From assembly GCF_009914755.1 (NCBI RefSeq), contig NC_060931.1: DNA of 64,000 bases; one strand, written 5' to 3'. This document shows positions 14,345-27,799 of the stretch, one piece after another; the stretch's first letter is position 1, and every line of letters begins with the position of its first letter. Source of the stretch: the human T2T-CHM13v2.0 reference genome, Homo sapiens. A program made the translations under genes and the position numbers. A model generated the notes under the pieces. It worked only from the letters and a program-made list of their open reading frames with translations. It did not search any database and was not told the origin of the DNA.

Positions 14345-14658
14345 TTAGCTGATTAGGGATTGTCTCCCAAATGCCAATATTTCAGAGGTAGGTAAGACAC
14401 AAGATGGGTTGTGTGTGTGTGCGTGTGTGTGTCTAAGTGTGCACATGCATTCACAAATGCTTGAAAGACCCAAGAGAAGGCTGAGCAGTGACTGGGGAAA
14501 TGGGGAGGAGGAAGAGAAACAGGAACACTTGATTTCAGGATTGTGTAGAGAACTGCGGCCCTCACTCATCCACAGGGTTCTTGGCTTTGCTGTGCCCGGG
14601 GCTGTGGTATTCAGAAGCAAGCTCAGAAGTCTTATCACAGCTTCAGCTGCTCCATAAA
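14345..14658 (-). CDS. COBL: Putative COBL alternative last exon, coding part (phase 1, 104 aa): VYGAAEAVIRLLSLLLNTTAPG...LAFGRQSLIS*; gives a ~469-aa WH2-less isoform
   Basis: Strong acceptor tttcctccttgcccctacag|TTTATGGAG; in frame with exon 7 and with ORF 14345..14725; predicted length agrees with a short COBL isoform as I recall it. Confidence 0.7.
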
Positions 14659-14924
14659 CTGTAGGGGCAAGGAGGAAATTCAAAGTCAGGGCAGAGGCCG
14701 AATGCACGCAGGAATGGTGGTTCACATACAGTGTTGGGCTAGGGTGGGCTACAGCCAGCTTTGGGCAAAATCAGCACAGCTTGCCAGAAAGGTGGCAGGG
14801 CCCAGGCCTCCAACAGGGCCAAGCCCTGGAGTCAGAGTCCGGGTCTCCCCTGTGCATCCACTTGGGTACAACAGAAGCTCTCCAGCCTCTGTCGTCATCA
14901 GCACACAGGCTAATGCACACCAGG

Positions 14925-15287
14925 TGCTATGGGCTGAACTGTGTTCCCTAAAAATTTATATGTTGAAGTCGGAACCTCCAGTACTTCAGAATGTAACATT
15001 ATTAGGATAAGGTCTTTTAAACGATGTTTAAGTTAAAATGAAGCCATTCGGGTGGAGGCCTCATCCAACAGGACTGGTGTCCTTATAAGAGAATGTTAGG
15101 ACACAGACACACAACAAGGGAAGACCCAGGGATAAGGCAGCCATCTGCAAGCCAAGGAAAGAGGCCTCAGGAGAAACCAACCCTGCCGACACTTTGATCT
15201 CGGACTTCCAGCCTCCAGGACAGTGAGAGAATAAATTTCCACCCATTCTGTGGTATGATATCATGGCAGCCCTAGCAGACTAACATA
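14925..15287 (+). mobile_element. MLT1B-like solo LTR (MaLR)
   Basis: tgctatgggctgaactgtg...gacttccagcctccag...atggcagccctagcagactaacata. Confidence 0.88.
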
Positions 15288-15669
15288 TCAGTGCACTGTG
15301 TTGCTGCGCACTGTGATGAAAATATTAAAGTAATTGAAGTCCACGACAGTGTCTGTGGCTTGACAGGCCCACACATGGTGACTGTCTCAGTCTCTGTGGG
15401 GTCCTCTGATCTTCCTTCCTCTGGAGTCAAGCCCCTCCTTCCTGGTATTTTTGTGCAGCCCCATACTTGTTGTTGGCTGTGGGCTTAGGTGGGCTTGCAC
15501 ATGAGAGATCCTCCCATAAAGCTCAAACAGCACGCACCACCTCCTCCACTTTCTCCTTCCTCTGTGGACACAGGGAATGGCTTCCTGGGGAGATATGAGC
15601 AGGGTTAGAGCCTTGTAGCCCTCCCTACAGACTAACAGGACACAGAGTAGGGAGGAGGGATATGGAAGT

Positions 15670-15840
15670 TAAGCAGGTGCTTGGGACCAGACTGGCAAGG
15701 TTCAAGTCCTGGCTTAAATATTAACTTGCTTTTGGTTGCAGACAAGTTTCTTATCATCTACGTGCTGTTTTCTTATTTGTAAAATGAGGATGATAACAAC
15801 AGCAGTGACCTCATAGGGCTGTGGTATAGATTTAAGGGTT
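15670..15840 (+). mobile_element. MIR
   Basis: ggttcaagtcctggct...tgtaaaatgaggatgataa...cctcatagggctgt. Confidence 0.75.
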
Positions 15841-16401
15841 ACTCCAGGAAAAGTGCATGGGAAGGGGGTGCCACTTTAGCCATCATCACTTCCTGCCCCG
15901 ACCCCGCTGGCAGCGAATCTATGAAGACTAAGACCCCCACCCCTCCATGGGCTGTACCTTCCTGTAGTCCCACTGTGCAGTCTGCACTCAAGCAGAGGCC
16001 ACCTCCTTCATGGCAAGGTGCCTCCTGGCTAATAAATAGCCAGATGGAGGCAGACATAAGTGCAAGGGCAGAGACGAAAGATGAGGTTTGAGTTTACTAA
16101 CATGGTTGATTTGGATTTCTGCCCTATCTAACTATGGAAGACTATTCATTTAAACAACTAACTGGCCATATTCTCTTTAATCTTTAAATCTCTTCCAAGT
16201 CATAAATTAGGCACCAAACAAGAGGCCTGACAATAACTTCTGGGAGGCCAAAGTGGACAAGTTCAGAATCCTTGCAAAGCCTGCCAGTGACCGAAGCACC
16301 AGGCTCAGAGATATATTGTGTGTGGGGTGGCGTGGGGGTGGGGAAGCATACTGGCAGCAACAAGCTAATATAGCCACATACTGTCCTTGGCCTCATATCT
16401 T

Positions 16402-16775
16402 CACACACGTGCAGGCACACACACACAGTGTATACACATGGATGTATGAGTGCACGCACGTGTTATGTATATTTGCACACAAGTTACAAATGTATATAGA
16501 TGTGCATGTATGCATGAATATATACAAACATGAATATGTACACCATGTGTAGGCATATATGTATGCATGTGTATATATACACAAATATTTTGTACACACT
16601 TGTGTATGTATGCATAGATGTTTAAGATACACAATGTGCACATGTATTGTGTGGGTATGCATACATGCACTGTATATACATCTATGCACATGTACATGAG
16701 TCTAGATATGCATGCACCATGGGTGCACATGCATGTATGCACATGTATGTGTGCATGTATACACATACACACACA
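16402..16775. repeat. Alternating purine-pyrimidine low-complexity tract (TA/TG/CA mix)
   Basis: About 370 bp of near-continuous RY alternation. Confidence 0.9.
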
Positions 16776-16829
16776 TCCCTTTTTAGAACCACTAGTCACA
16801 CTGTAACAGCGGATGGGGAGTCAGCCATC

Positions 16830-16990
16830 TGAGCACAGACCCTTCTTAGCTGCATGATCTTAGGCAAGTTACTAGACTCTTCTTGACTCACTTTCCCCTC
16901 TTTGTAAATGAGAGAACTCAATCCTATAATTACAGTCACTAAATTGTTGTGTGACTAGCTGCAACATAATATTGGCATAAATGCAGCAAA
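16830..16990 (+). mobile_element. MIR
   Basis: ttagctgcatgatcttaggcaagttact...tgtaaatg. Confidence 0.65.
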
Positions 16991-17799
16991 GCCCCAATGT
17001 TAACTTCTTGTATGTTTCTTTCCATTCTCTTCAACTCTGTCTATCAATGGGATAATCAGGGTTCCCCCTGGTGGCTGAAATGTGCGGGTAAAGTCATCCA
17101 AGAATCTCTTGTCTCTTAAATAAGCAGCCCCTTCGACTGCTTGCTAACCTGGCAGAGACGGAGTGAGGGTCAGTGGGCAGCTGGCCACTGCAGTGGAGCC
17201 CAAGACAGATGCTGCCCTGGTGCCTGCCGCTGCCTAGCCCCAGCCTGGCAGCTGGGCTCCTGACTAGAGCCAGCAATCCTGGTCAGCGGTTCTCAAGCCA
17301 GGCTTGAGCGGCAGAGGCGGTGGGCTGACCTCCTCTCAGCTACTTTTGGTAAACATGGTTTAAAGAACACACTCATGCTTCTTTAGCAGAAGAAAATTAA
17401 GTGGAGAAATTACCTTTGTTTCCTCTTGAAAACTTGGATAGGGGAGAAATAGTTCCAAAGGTTGTATGTGCACTCACATCCCCACATTTTCACTTCACAA
17501 AGGATGCATTCAGATGACTATTAAAATGCTGCGACCAGCTTTCTTTCTCCTCAGATCAAATACTCGCTTTATCATTAGGGTCATCAATTTTAACACTTAA
17601 TGTTCTCCTTTTAAACAATTTCCCAATTAGCTAGAATGAAGTTTTACTTCTCAATTAATTTAGGATTTGTTATTAAAACCTATATTTTGCTAACTTTCCC
17701 ATTCGATGTACAGTACTGTCATAAAGTAATATATATAGTTGTGTGCATGTCTTATGTACATATACACATATACATACACATACGCAGATTAAAAATGAT

Positions 17800-17972
17800 G
17801 ACTAAGGGATGCAAGGAAACTTGAGGGTGATGGATGTTTATTACTCGATGGTGAGTGATGGTTTCATGGTGTATACAAGAGTCGAAACTGATTATATTAT
17901 ATACTTTCTTTGTACATATGCAGTTTTTTGTGTGTCAATTACACTCCTATAAAGCTGTGAAATATAAAAAAT
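17800..17972 (+). mobile_element. L1MC/MD 3' end fragment
   Basis: gagggtgatggatgttt...gatggtttcatggtgtata...tcaattacactcctataaagctg. Confidence 0.7.
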
Positions 17973-19598
17973 AGCATAAAACCCAGAAATCCCCATCAAT
18001 GTTCTTCCTACACTTCACTTTGCAATATTAAATGGAGACTTGTAGTTTTCCTACTAGAAGCTAAACGTCTCAATTTATAACCATTTACTATTATTTTATA
18101 TTTATTGAACTTAAGTAACTCACTCTTCACATCTAAGGTTTCTGCTATGGAGCCTGAAGACTCCAAATGTAGGCCACTTGTGCAGTGAGTGACAGTTCCA
18201 GCTCATCAAAACGTTGCCCTCGGCCTGATCGCACCCAATCCTCACTAATATGACAATGACAATGTAAAGGGGCAGAATGGAGCCAGCAGACATGAAAGGT
18301 AATTTGCCTTCTGGGGCATTCCCTGCACAGCTCTGCCAATACACCACTGTGGGTGCAGATTCGGGGTTTGCCCATATGAGAGACCAGGTAGGAGAGAGAA
18401 ATGATTGAGAGAGAAGGGCCAAGCGAAGGGAGCAGGGATGAGGCAGAAACAGGCCAGAGATACAAATATGCTTACTTCCACCACCAACTACACTTCTCTT
18501 GTTGGAACAGCAACTCTGTAAGTTTGTGCTGCATCTGCCTCTCTGGTCCTCTCAGGCTCCTGACTATAGGACATAATCACTTTCCCTTTAAATTTCTTTT
18601 TGGAAAAACATGAGCCTGAAAATACTGGATTCTTAGCCTGGGTGTTAGCTGTGGGATTGGTGGGCTCCGCAGTGCATGGCAAGTGCCGGCCTGTGCTCAG
18701 GGAGCACCTGCTGCCAAGCTATGCTCAAGGCTTACTTGAAGGATGTGAGCCCTTTGGGAAGGCTCTTTACACATTCCAGGAAGAACCAGAATTTCAAGCC
18801 AAATCTGACTTTTAATATTGGCAACTTTACCTGGCAGAGAGGATGTGTGTGTGGGCTAGACATGGCAATCTGCCATCCATTTCCATCCTGTGGTTGATGA
18901 TTTGTGTGATTCAGGATGTCTTTATATTCCTCCCTACCACTTCTTATTCACACAAAACATACAAGGAAAGGATGCATCCACTCTTTAAATCTTGTCCCTT
19001 ATGGGCCAAAGAAGAAAGTATGATAGATACTGACTATTCCATTTGCGTTTGGGTTTTATGTTTTGGTTATTTTTTCTCCTCACTTCCTGCCCTGAAGCCC
19101 TGTAGCAGATTTATCAACCAGGAAACAGTGTGTCCAGTCTAAATAATCTCAATAGATCTAATCTCTTTTGGGGGGGTTTCTTTTTCCCTTTACTGAAAAA
19201 TATACTCAGAGCCTTATTTTATGCAGCTTCGTTCACGTAATAAAAGTTTGTTATTTTCTTAATAAGAAGGAAAAAGAAGGGTTATAACATAAAGCCTTTA
19301 AGGGTAAAATCAACACAGAAGTAACAGTAAATTTAAATCACAAAACTTCCAGCAAAGGGAGTTATTCGGCAAAAGGGTTACCAATTATGCGTTGCTATTG
19401 GTGACAAATAAAGCAAAGAAACCAAAAATATACAGATAACTCCTGAGCCTCATTTTATTTAATACTTGAACCTCTGTCTTCACTGAAGTGTTTGAAGTTT
19501 GCTTGTTGTCATTTTACCATGGTGACTAATAAGGTGCAAAAGCTATTTTGGGTTTTTCTCCTGCTCCACATTCCTTGGGTATGAAGGATGAAACAGTT

Positions 19599-19601
<3 letters not shown>

Positions 19602-19662
<61 letters not shown>
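19602..19662. repeat. (AC)n microsatellite, about 30 units
   Basis: Pure AC run. Confidence 0.95.
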
Positions 19663-19666
<4 letters not shown>

Positions 19667-21739
19667 TCCGAGAAGCCAGAGGAAGCAAGTGCTCTGTATG
19701 TGGATTAATTTCTGGGTCTGGATAATCTGTAATTGGTTATGATGACTCAAGACATCTTGAATACTTGTTTGAAAGGCCCTCACTTTCTCTTGTAATTTTT
19801 GGAAGATGCACTCTTATCCCTATGGTAGAAAAGTTTGTTTTGTTATGGGAAATGTTAGTCTGCACGTGGAAACGTTTTGAATTACATTACATGAGCTATG
19901 GAAGTTGTGAACAAACTGTATCATTTTATGGATCCAAATTAGCATGAAAACTGTGAAAATTAACAGTTGATAAGCATCACAAACACAGATGCGATGTGTG
20001 ACTGATTATAATGGGTGCTAAAATAAAATGTCAGTGAGTAAACAGTAACGACTTTTCCAAATTGTTTCATCTACAGAACTAGGAGTATTTATTTACAAGT
20101 AAGTGATTTTAGAATCATATGAAAAGGTCAAAAGTACTGGTAAAGTGAGATGGCAAACATTATCATATAAACTAGCTTGCATTTTATAAATTACAGCATG
20201 CTCAATTGTCCACTGGCAACATGGTCTCCAGGGTGAAACTAAGAATTTAAGCCAACTATAGTTGAAAAATAATGCATAGTTTTTCTTTTACCTTAGCATT
20301 TGCTACAGAATTGGTATTCCCAAGGGATTCTTCATGCTCTCAACTTGCCTGCACGTCTCTAGTTAGAAAACGTGAGCTACCATCTTTTGTGGATAGGGTG
20401 TATGACATGATGGAAAAAAGAAACAGACATGGCTTATAAGGAGGAGAAATGACCTGTAACAAGGGATGGGTTCTAAGCTGAGTCAGAAATGAGAAACTTT
20501 CTGAAATGCAAGTGCTTTGGGAAAAAATGTTTCACCTAATTAATTTATCTGATTCTTAGAAGGCTCTAATGTCAGCACAGTGCCAAGTCACATGTAAATC
20601 TACAAAACTTGTTCATCAAATGGCCCTTCATTCTATCCAACATCTATCAGGCCATCTCTCATGGAGATCACTAGAGTATTGTCAAAGATCGACCACTCAT
20701 GTCTTTGGCTAACTTTATGATCAAGTAAATTGGGGGTGCCATGTTCAAATTATATTCACCCCCTGTAAGCTGACTTAGCCCTATTGCATTTGTTTTCCCC
20801 CACCACATACCTCTGTCCTCTATTTTTAATTGAGTTTGATATACTTATTGCATCATATTTGCTGCCTCTCGAACCAATAATTCTATGAGCAGTATCACTT
20901 TCCCCTGTTCCAAGGATTTGCCTAGAGATTTTGTGTGCCCATCTTTCTTCAGCATAATAGCTACTTCTTACACAAATGCTTATTGCTGTAATTATATACA
21001 ATCTTCTACAATCTTTAAGTCTGGGCCATAAATCCTAATGCTTTCCCCAACATTCAGGTAAACATTACCTTTTCTTGTTTAGACTTTCCCCATTTAATGA
21101 TTTGAGGTCAAATGACTGCTACTTATCAGACAAAAGTCCTTTATTTCAAAAAAAAAAAGGCCCTTTCTAACTTGTTCTATGTTTCATTGTGAGTAATTTC
21201 TGTAACTTTCTGTTTTTTTCACCAATACATAGCACTAAATTGGTTATATATAGCTTTGGCTTATATTTGTTTATTATTAATACCAATGTAAGTTGTGATA
21301 ATTCCTTCATTAGTCATAGCTAACATTTTCATTGTGATCAGCCAGGCAACAATCCTACATGTCAGGAATACTTACTGATTCTTTTTTTTTTTTTCCATTT
21401 TGAGCAATAACATTTAAAAACATCTTTTAGAGAGAAACATGACAAGCTTCTCCAGTTCAAATGCATCTGCATAATAAAAGTTAATCAAAGCAAGCAAGAA
21501 CTAGTTGTCTTTTTATCTAAACCTTGAATTTTAACATATGACTATTTTTACCTACTCTGCCTGTCTTGGGACAATGCAGTTGAGGTGACTAGCTCTTCGT
21601 AACTGGGTGAGGTTGTGTGACTGCAGAGGGATCTCACACTCAAAGAGGAGCCAGCAGCACCTCTGCACAGACATGGTGGTCACAACCTCTGGCATCTTTA
21701 TCACATGTACAACCCTTGTGACTAGTACTTATCAAATGG

Positions 21740-21965
21740 AACCATCTTTACTTCTTTTCATGTGCCTGGGGAGCCACAGGTAGTAAAATCCAAGGCCAGA
21801 GGTCACGTGCTTGTTATTCACTCTTATAGCCCACAAAACTGGTGTAATACCTAGCATCAAGTAAGTACTATGTCACTGTTTAGTGAATAAATGGGTGAAG
21901 AAATGAATAGAATAATGAAGAGAACAGAATAATGAAGAGAATCATAATATAGAATAATGAATAGA
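21740..21965 (+). mobile_element. L2 3' end with degenerate GAAT-type tail
   Basis: ttgttattcact...cctagcatc..gtaagtact..tgtttagtgaataaatg followed by agaataatgaagagaa twice. Confidence 0.6.
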
Positions 21966-22518
21966 ACACCCTTCTTCTCCCACTTCTTTCTTTTTAGTGA
22001 ACTATGTAAAATGGCAAAGTACACAGTAACAGGAAAACCTCAAAAACACAAAGACATTGGGTCCTATGTATCATTGAATGGATAGTATATATAAGTTGTG
22101 AGTTCCTAGTAACTACATTTATAGTTCATGTTTTTAGGCACTTAGTTTTACCAGGTAGACAGAAAGTTTCAGTTCTATCCAAATTGACTATACTGGTCAA
22201 TTTATGGATACAATCTAGTTTTAAGAAAAATTGGCAATAAATTCTGGAACTGAATATCCAATAAGAAAAACATGAATTAATAATGAATTAAAATAAAGCA
22301 GAGTTCTTCACAGGAACATTTCCAAGTATCAGTGAATTTCAGACAGGTGAATATTATCAACCTAAAATTTGCATATAATTTACCTCCTTCAAAAAAATAT
22401 AAACCTCAATCAAACAAATCTCTGTTATTAATGCATTTATATGTAAACCCCAAAGGAAGTAAATTCTGGGTATACAATGAGCCCTTTTATCCTGAAAGGA
22501 GGAAGAACAACAGGAAAA

Positions 22519-22592
22519 TCAGAGCCAGGGCAGAAGAGACACTGGGAAAGGTCCGAGGTCAGGAAGAGGCCCGTCCATCAGAAGCGCTTGGC
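22519..22592 (-). CDS. COBL: Putative COBL alternative last exon, coding part (phase 1): GQALLMDGPLPDLGPFPVSLLPWL*
   Basis: Acceptor gctgtgcgtcattccctactcag|GCCAAGCG; 74 nt to TGA in frame with exon 7; long AT-rich downstream region with minus-strand AATAAA (e.g. 20088-20093). Confidence 0.6.
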
Positions 22593-23407
22593 CTGAGTAG
22601 GGAATGACGCACAGCAATAAACTGCGGGGGGAAAATAAATGGCAAAATGTGAACGCACACTTGCGGTGAAATAAATATCTGCCATTATCATTCATTTTCC
22701 AGCCCCTGGAGATTTAACACTGCATAGCAAGCGTTCTATCAGCCAAAGCATATTGTTATTGTTTTCTTCCTTTCCATTTAGTCTTTTTGTATGCCAGCTG
22801 TGGAAAGGGCCTATTGATCCAACAGATATGATTCTGCCTCCTGTAAGAACCATATCATAAGCATCACTTCCCTCATGGTTGGTCTTTCAGGTTGCCACAT
22901 AAAATTATTTGGATTTGGTATGAAACCTAAGGTCCTTACAAGCAGAGACACGAAGCAGCTGGTAGGCAAGTCATTTATTTCTTACCTCTTGAAAAACAGT
23001 CTAAGTTACTTGTAGAACTCCAGAGGAAAACAGACCATATGGCTTTGTGATGCCCTCAATTTCAGTGTATCCCATCTTGATAATGGTGACACTGGGCAGG
23101 CCCCACATATAAACTTAGAGAATACTGGTTGATTTACTGAGTTGGAGATGGATATCAACTCCAAGTACCTGTGGAGCAAACTCCTCTTGAGTGCTGCTGT
23201 TTTCTCTAGTGGGAGACTGACCTGTGGTGCAAAGGGCTATTACATGAGAGTAGCTTTAAATCTCTGAAGGCCTTGGGGGAAAGGGATTAAAATAAAGAAG
23301 GGCCATGCCTGAGTGCACATCAGCACCCAAAACCTCCTGAGACAAACAGTTTAGAAGACTATTGTCATAAGAGAATGCCTGATTCATAATCTCTATTTAC
23401 TTCTTAA

Positions 23408-23714
<307 letters not shown>

Positions 23715-24559
23715 AAGGTAATGATATTTAATAACAACTTCAAACCATTGTTGAAAAATCAAGATGTTTATGCCTTATTTCTGGGAAGGACTCAAATTTA
23801 TATAAACCCAAAGAGAAGTTCTTCAACATGGTTTTTATACGTAACCTGAGTACATGCTACTAGTTAAAGCTCAAGGAAACAAAATACAGTTGTGATTATT
23901 TGCATCAGCTTAGGGCTTGAGCACTCATGAAAATCAAAGAAATCTGTTCTCAGGTTTCTTAACTAAATAATATTACTTCTTTTCACCATTTCTATTCATA
24001 TTTGTTACTACTTTGCAGTGGTATTTTGGTAAATGGTTAGTAACCAGCTCTTTGGAGGAAAAAGGTATAAATAGTTATAATCAGTTTTACTTATATAAAG
24101 GATAAGTAGCACAAAATTTATAAGTAATAATAAAATGCATAATACTATTTTTTGTAAATTCTGTATTACCAGTTGATTCTCATAGAATGCTTTCATTAAT
24201 TTTTCCCAGATTCTTTAACCTGTAGCCAGTCAATTATTACCGTTAACAAAGAAGTATAACTTCAACATGATGGCATCAGACAGTAAGATGAGAATAAAAC
24301 CAGAAAGATATATGTTGGAATTTTACTCATTTGTCAATCCCATGAATGACTTGGCTGAATTGATCATGGTTTTTGGAAAATGGATGTACAACTCAATTTT
24401 TTCTGCTATTCACAATGTATTGGCTACAGATATGACATACTTTTCTATTTAATCTGTATTATTACATTTCCCAATCACTGTCTTATATCTAGACAATTAA
24501 CAAGACCAATCAATATCTGATTTGTAACATTTGCTAATTCCTATGCTATAAATAGTTTC

Positions 24560-24909
24560 TTGATGGTTGATTTCCTGCTATTGACATCAGTCACTGAATG
24601 CGGTGCTGTGAAGAGATGTGTAGTAGCACACTATGATATATTTTTACTATTCTAAAGCATTAAATCCTACAGATCCGATACATGTAAACAACCTCAAGAA
24701 CACTGAAATAGTAATGAAATGTACTAAAATAATTAGGAAGTGATGAGTTTTTAGTATTTGTTACCTCTGTTTTTAATATTATTTATTTAATTGTATGTCT
24801 ATATAATTTACTTTTTAATAGTGGATCTGTTCAGCCATTGGTTTGCAAAATTCCTGAAATTTTAACGATCTGCTTTTATGAGCTGGCAAAGTGCTGTTCT
24901 GTTCCACTG
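24560..24909. mobile_element. MER63-like hAT element
   Basis: aaataattaggaagtgatgagttt...gcaaaattcctgaaa...ccactg terminus. Confidence 0.65.
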
Positions 24910-27339
24910 AGTTGTCACTAAGTTCTTTAATTCTCTCAAGTTAGGGACATTGTACCTTGTAAATAAAAGACTAAGAAGTAATTAGCAAAAAGAAATAGGC
25001 TCATAAGGTTTTTTTGAAAAGCTATATATAGATCTATTTTGATTCTCACTACTTCACTTCTAAGCTACATCCAATCTTCAGTCTATGTTGGGTTGACTTA
25101 ATGGTTTTCAAGGTACAATAGTAACAGGTTAAAAGTTCAGTTCCGTTTTTTTCTAATGTACTTTTGAGTAGGGACAGATTCTGCTCCCACAGTTGACGAT
25201 TTCCTTCCATTTTATGAAAAGGCCCATTTGCTCACGACCCACTTCCTGTTTTCCTGGATGCCATGCCTGCCCCGTGGCAGCAGGAACAGCTGTGTGGCTG
25301 GCTCTCCTGCCAGGGAAGGAAAGTGGCAAATAAACACCAGCCAAGGGCAAGAATGCTTCCCAGGGCTTGCTCTGAGCTCCACACCTGTAGTGTTTCATGG
25401 GTGTTTCCCACAACAAACAGGACTCACAGAACTGTGTTTGTGTCACAAGCTTTAGAACTAACTGCTTCGTTTTGAAATAGGAAAAGTACTTAGTTTGGGC
25501 TCAAATTTGAGAATAAGGCATTAGGGGACTCTAATGAGGACTGGTCCCAACCTAAGGGCCATCAGCCAAATTCCCGTCCTACCTTCTCCAGTTCCACGCC
25601 CTCTGCTCAAGCAGCACATGGCTGTTCACCGAGCCAGCAGCCCTTAGTGAGCATCTGGTCCCCAAGTGTAGAGATAGGATTGTAGCCACCAAATATTTCA
25701 AGCTGTGCCACAAGTATTTCTAGATTCGCAATTCGCAGTTCCTCTGCTCGATCACTTGCTTAAAATGTAAATCATTCTTATTATTATTTCTGCATTGATC
25801 AAACTCAAGATACTCTCTTCTAATTCAAAATAGATAGTTCATTCCTCTCATTTTATTTCCTTGTTTTAGAATTTCCTTAAAGTTCTTTAGAATTGGATAC
25901 TTGGTCACAAATTTAAAATCAATTAGCTAGAAATAGTATCCCTTGTTGGGGGGGGTTGCTTAGAACAGGAGACAATGACCTATCTTCCCTTTATGCCTTT
26001 TGATCTTTTGTCAATTACCCTGTAAATGTATGCCCAAGGAAAGATTTATTTGCTTAAGCCTGGTGTAGAAAAATGTGTAAGAAAATGACAGTCACTGAAT
26101 ATTTTCATTTTAAAAATGTAAAGTAAATTGAGGATCTGTAATTTGAGCTCCATATGCATTGATCTTTAAATCTCCAAGGTCTGCTAATTAAAATAGATAA
26201 TTCATAACTTGTTAATAACCTAATTATAATCAGCACTGCAAATCTTGTAAATAAACAATTCAATGCACTAAGGGAATAGGCTCCATTATGGTGATTCACA
26301 ATGAAGGTTCAACTGAAATCAAATGGCGGCAGAAAGCAAGCTGATTCGAAAGTTATGATGAAAAATCCGTATGCACACAACTGTATTGGTTTAGACATGC
26401 ACATAAAGCATCTGTGTACATGATTAGATATCTGAAGTTTAATGCAAAATCTTATTAATAAGAAAAAACATGATTAAAGACCACAGACCTGGGAGCCAGT
26501 CTTCCATTGTTCTTAAAACCATGCTGGGAAACATCAAACACACACCAAAACCCTACTAGTGATGCCCTTTGTGACATGCAGCTTTGAGAGGTTACATAGC
26601 TTAGTAGCCCTTCTCCTATATGTGTGATATTTATCAACTCAGACTCTGCAAGTTGTCCTGACCATGACAGCCAGGAAGACATGGACAGCCTGGATCAGGC
26701 AACAGAAATCTCAGTTCTATACAAGGTGACAGCAGGGAGCACTAGTTTGTTCTTTGGCCACACACACCTTCACACTTGCCCTATGTTGCCTTTAAAAAGG
26801 CTGCACTTTGTCCACTGTAAACTAACTCTGGAAGAGACAAGATTATGCTTTCTACAGCAGGAAGTAATTTTAAGTGAGATCCAGTATTCTTCAGATTCAT
26901 GTGATGAACACACCTCTTACTACAAAGATTATCAAGAAAGCAGATGCTTTAGTTCCTGAACGCTGAATAGGCATATTCTACTGCTAGGAGCATTTCTAAT
27001 AGTTCCTCTGCTCCAGAAAAGCAGAAAATGAGAAGTGTAGGTGGAGGCTAGATTTGAAGTGGCCAGTTCTGCACTGAAATCGTCCCTCAAGGAGGATGGT
27101 TCCTTGGTGACTTTTGACTTTCAGATGCTTGGCCTTACTGTTTTTGAGCCAAATCACCCACTTGCTCTTCAACAGTGATTCACCATCCTCTCTGTACCTA
27201 CTCATCACACATCCTACATGCTCCAGACTAAAATCAAACTGAAGGCTGCAACCCATGTGTAGTGCGCACTGCTGGCTGTTCACATAGCATATGTTGCCCA
27301 TACTTCCAAGTTAACAGAACTCCAGTATTGACCAGTGAC

Positions 27340-27798
27340 TTCCACGTACCTCAGAGAAAGCTGACCCCATCCCCGTCTGCCAGATGGGCCTGGCTCATCT
27401 AAGGTCATTCCATTCTTGCCAAAGAATTGGGTCAGTGTATTACTCAATTGTAGTCAATGAAATATGAGAGGAACTCTTTAGTGGGGGCTTTCTGGGAAAG
27501 GTTTCCTTTCTCCTACAAAACTATTAAAAGAGATAGTCTCTCTTCCTCTTATGAAAATTCTAGTGTCTGGATATGATACATGGAACAGCCACAGACCCAT
27601 TGCTCCCAGCCTTAGGGGGAAGCTGACCCCAAAGATGATACAGAGAAGAATTAGGAAGAACTAAGATCCTTGATGACAACTTGGGCTTCAGATTCAACTA
27701 ATACTGAATGCTACTCCACTCTGGGATTCCTGTTCCATGAGATAAGACATTCCCTAACTGTTGAAGTAGGTTTGAGATGGGTTTCACTTACTTGAAAC
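27340..27798 (+). mobile_element. LTR16-like ERV-L solo LTR
   Basis: agctgaccccatcccc...ttctgggaaaggtttcct...ccttgatgaca...ttacttg. Confidence 0.65.
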
Positions 27799-27799
27799 T

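Noticed and set aside
16253-16832. His/Cys/Met-rich ORFs resembling metal-binding proteins
   Set aside because: Translation artefact of the RY low-complexity tract.
22978-22992. Strong minus-strand donor-like GAG|GTAAGA
   Set aside because: No convincing upstream acceptor; such motifs are frequent in long introns.
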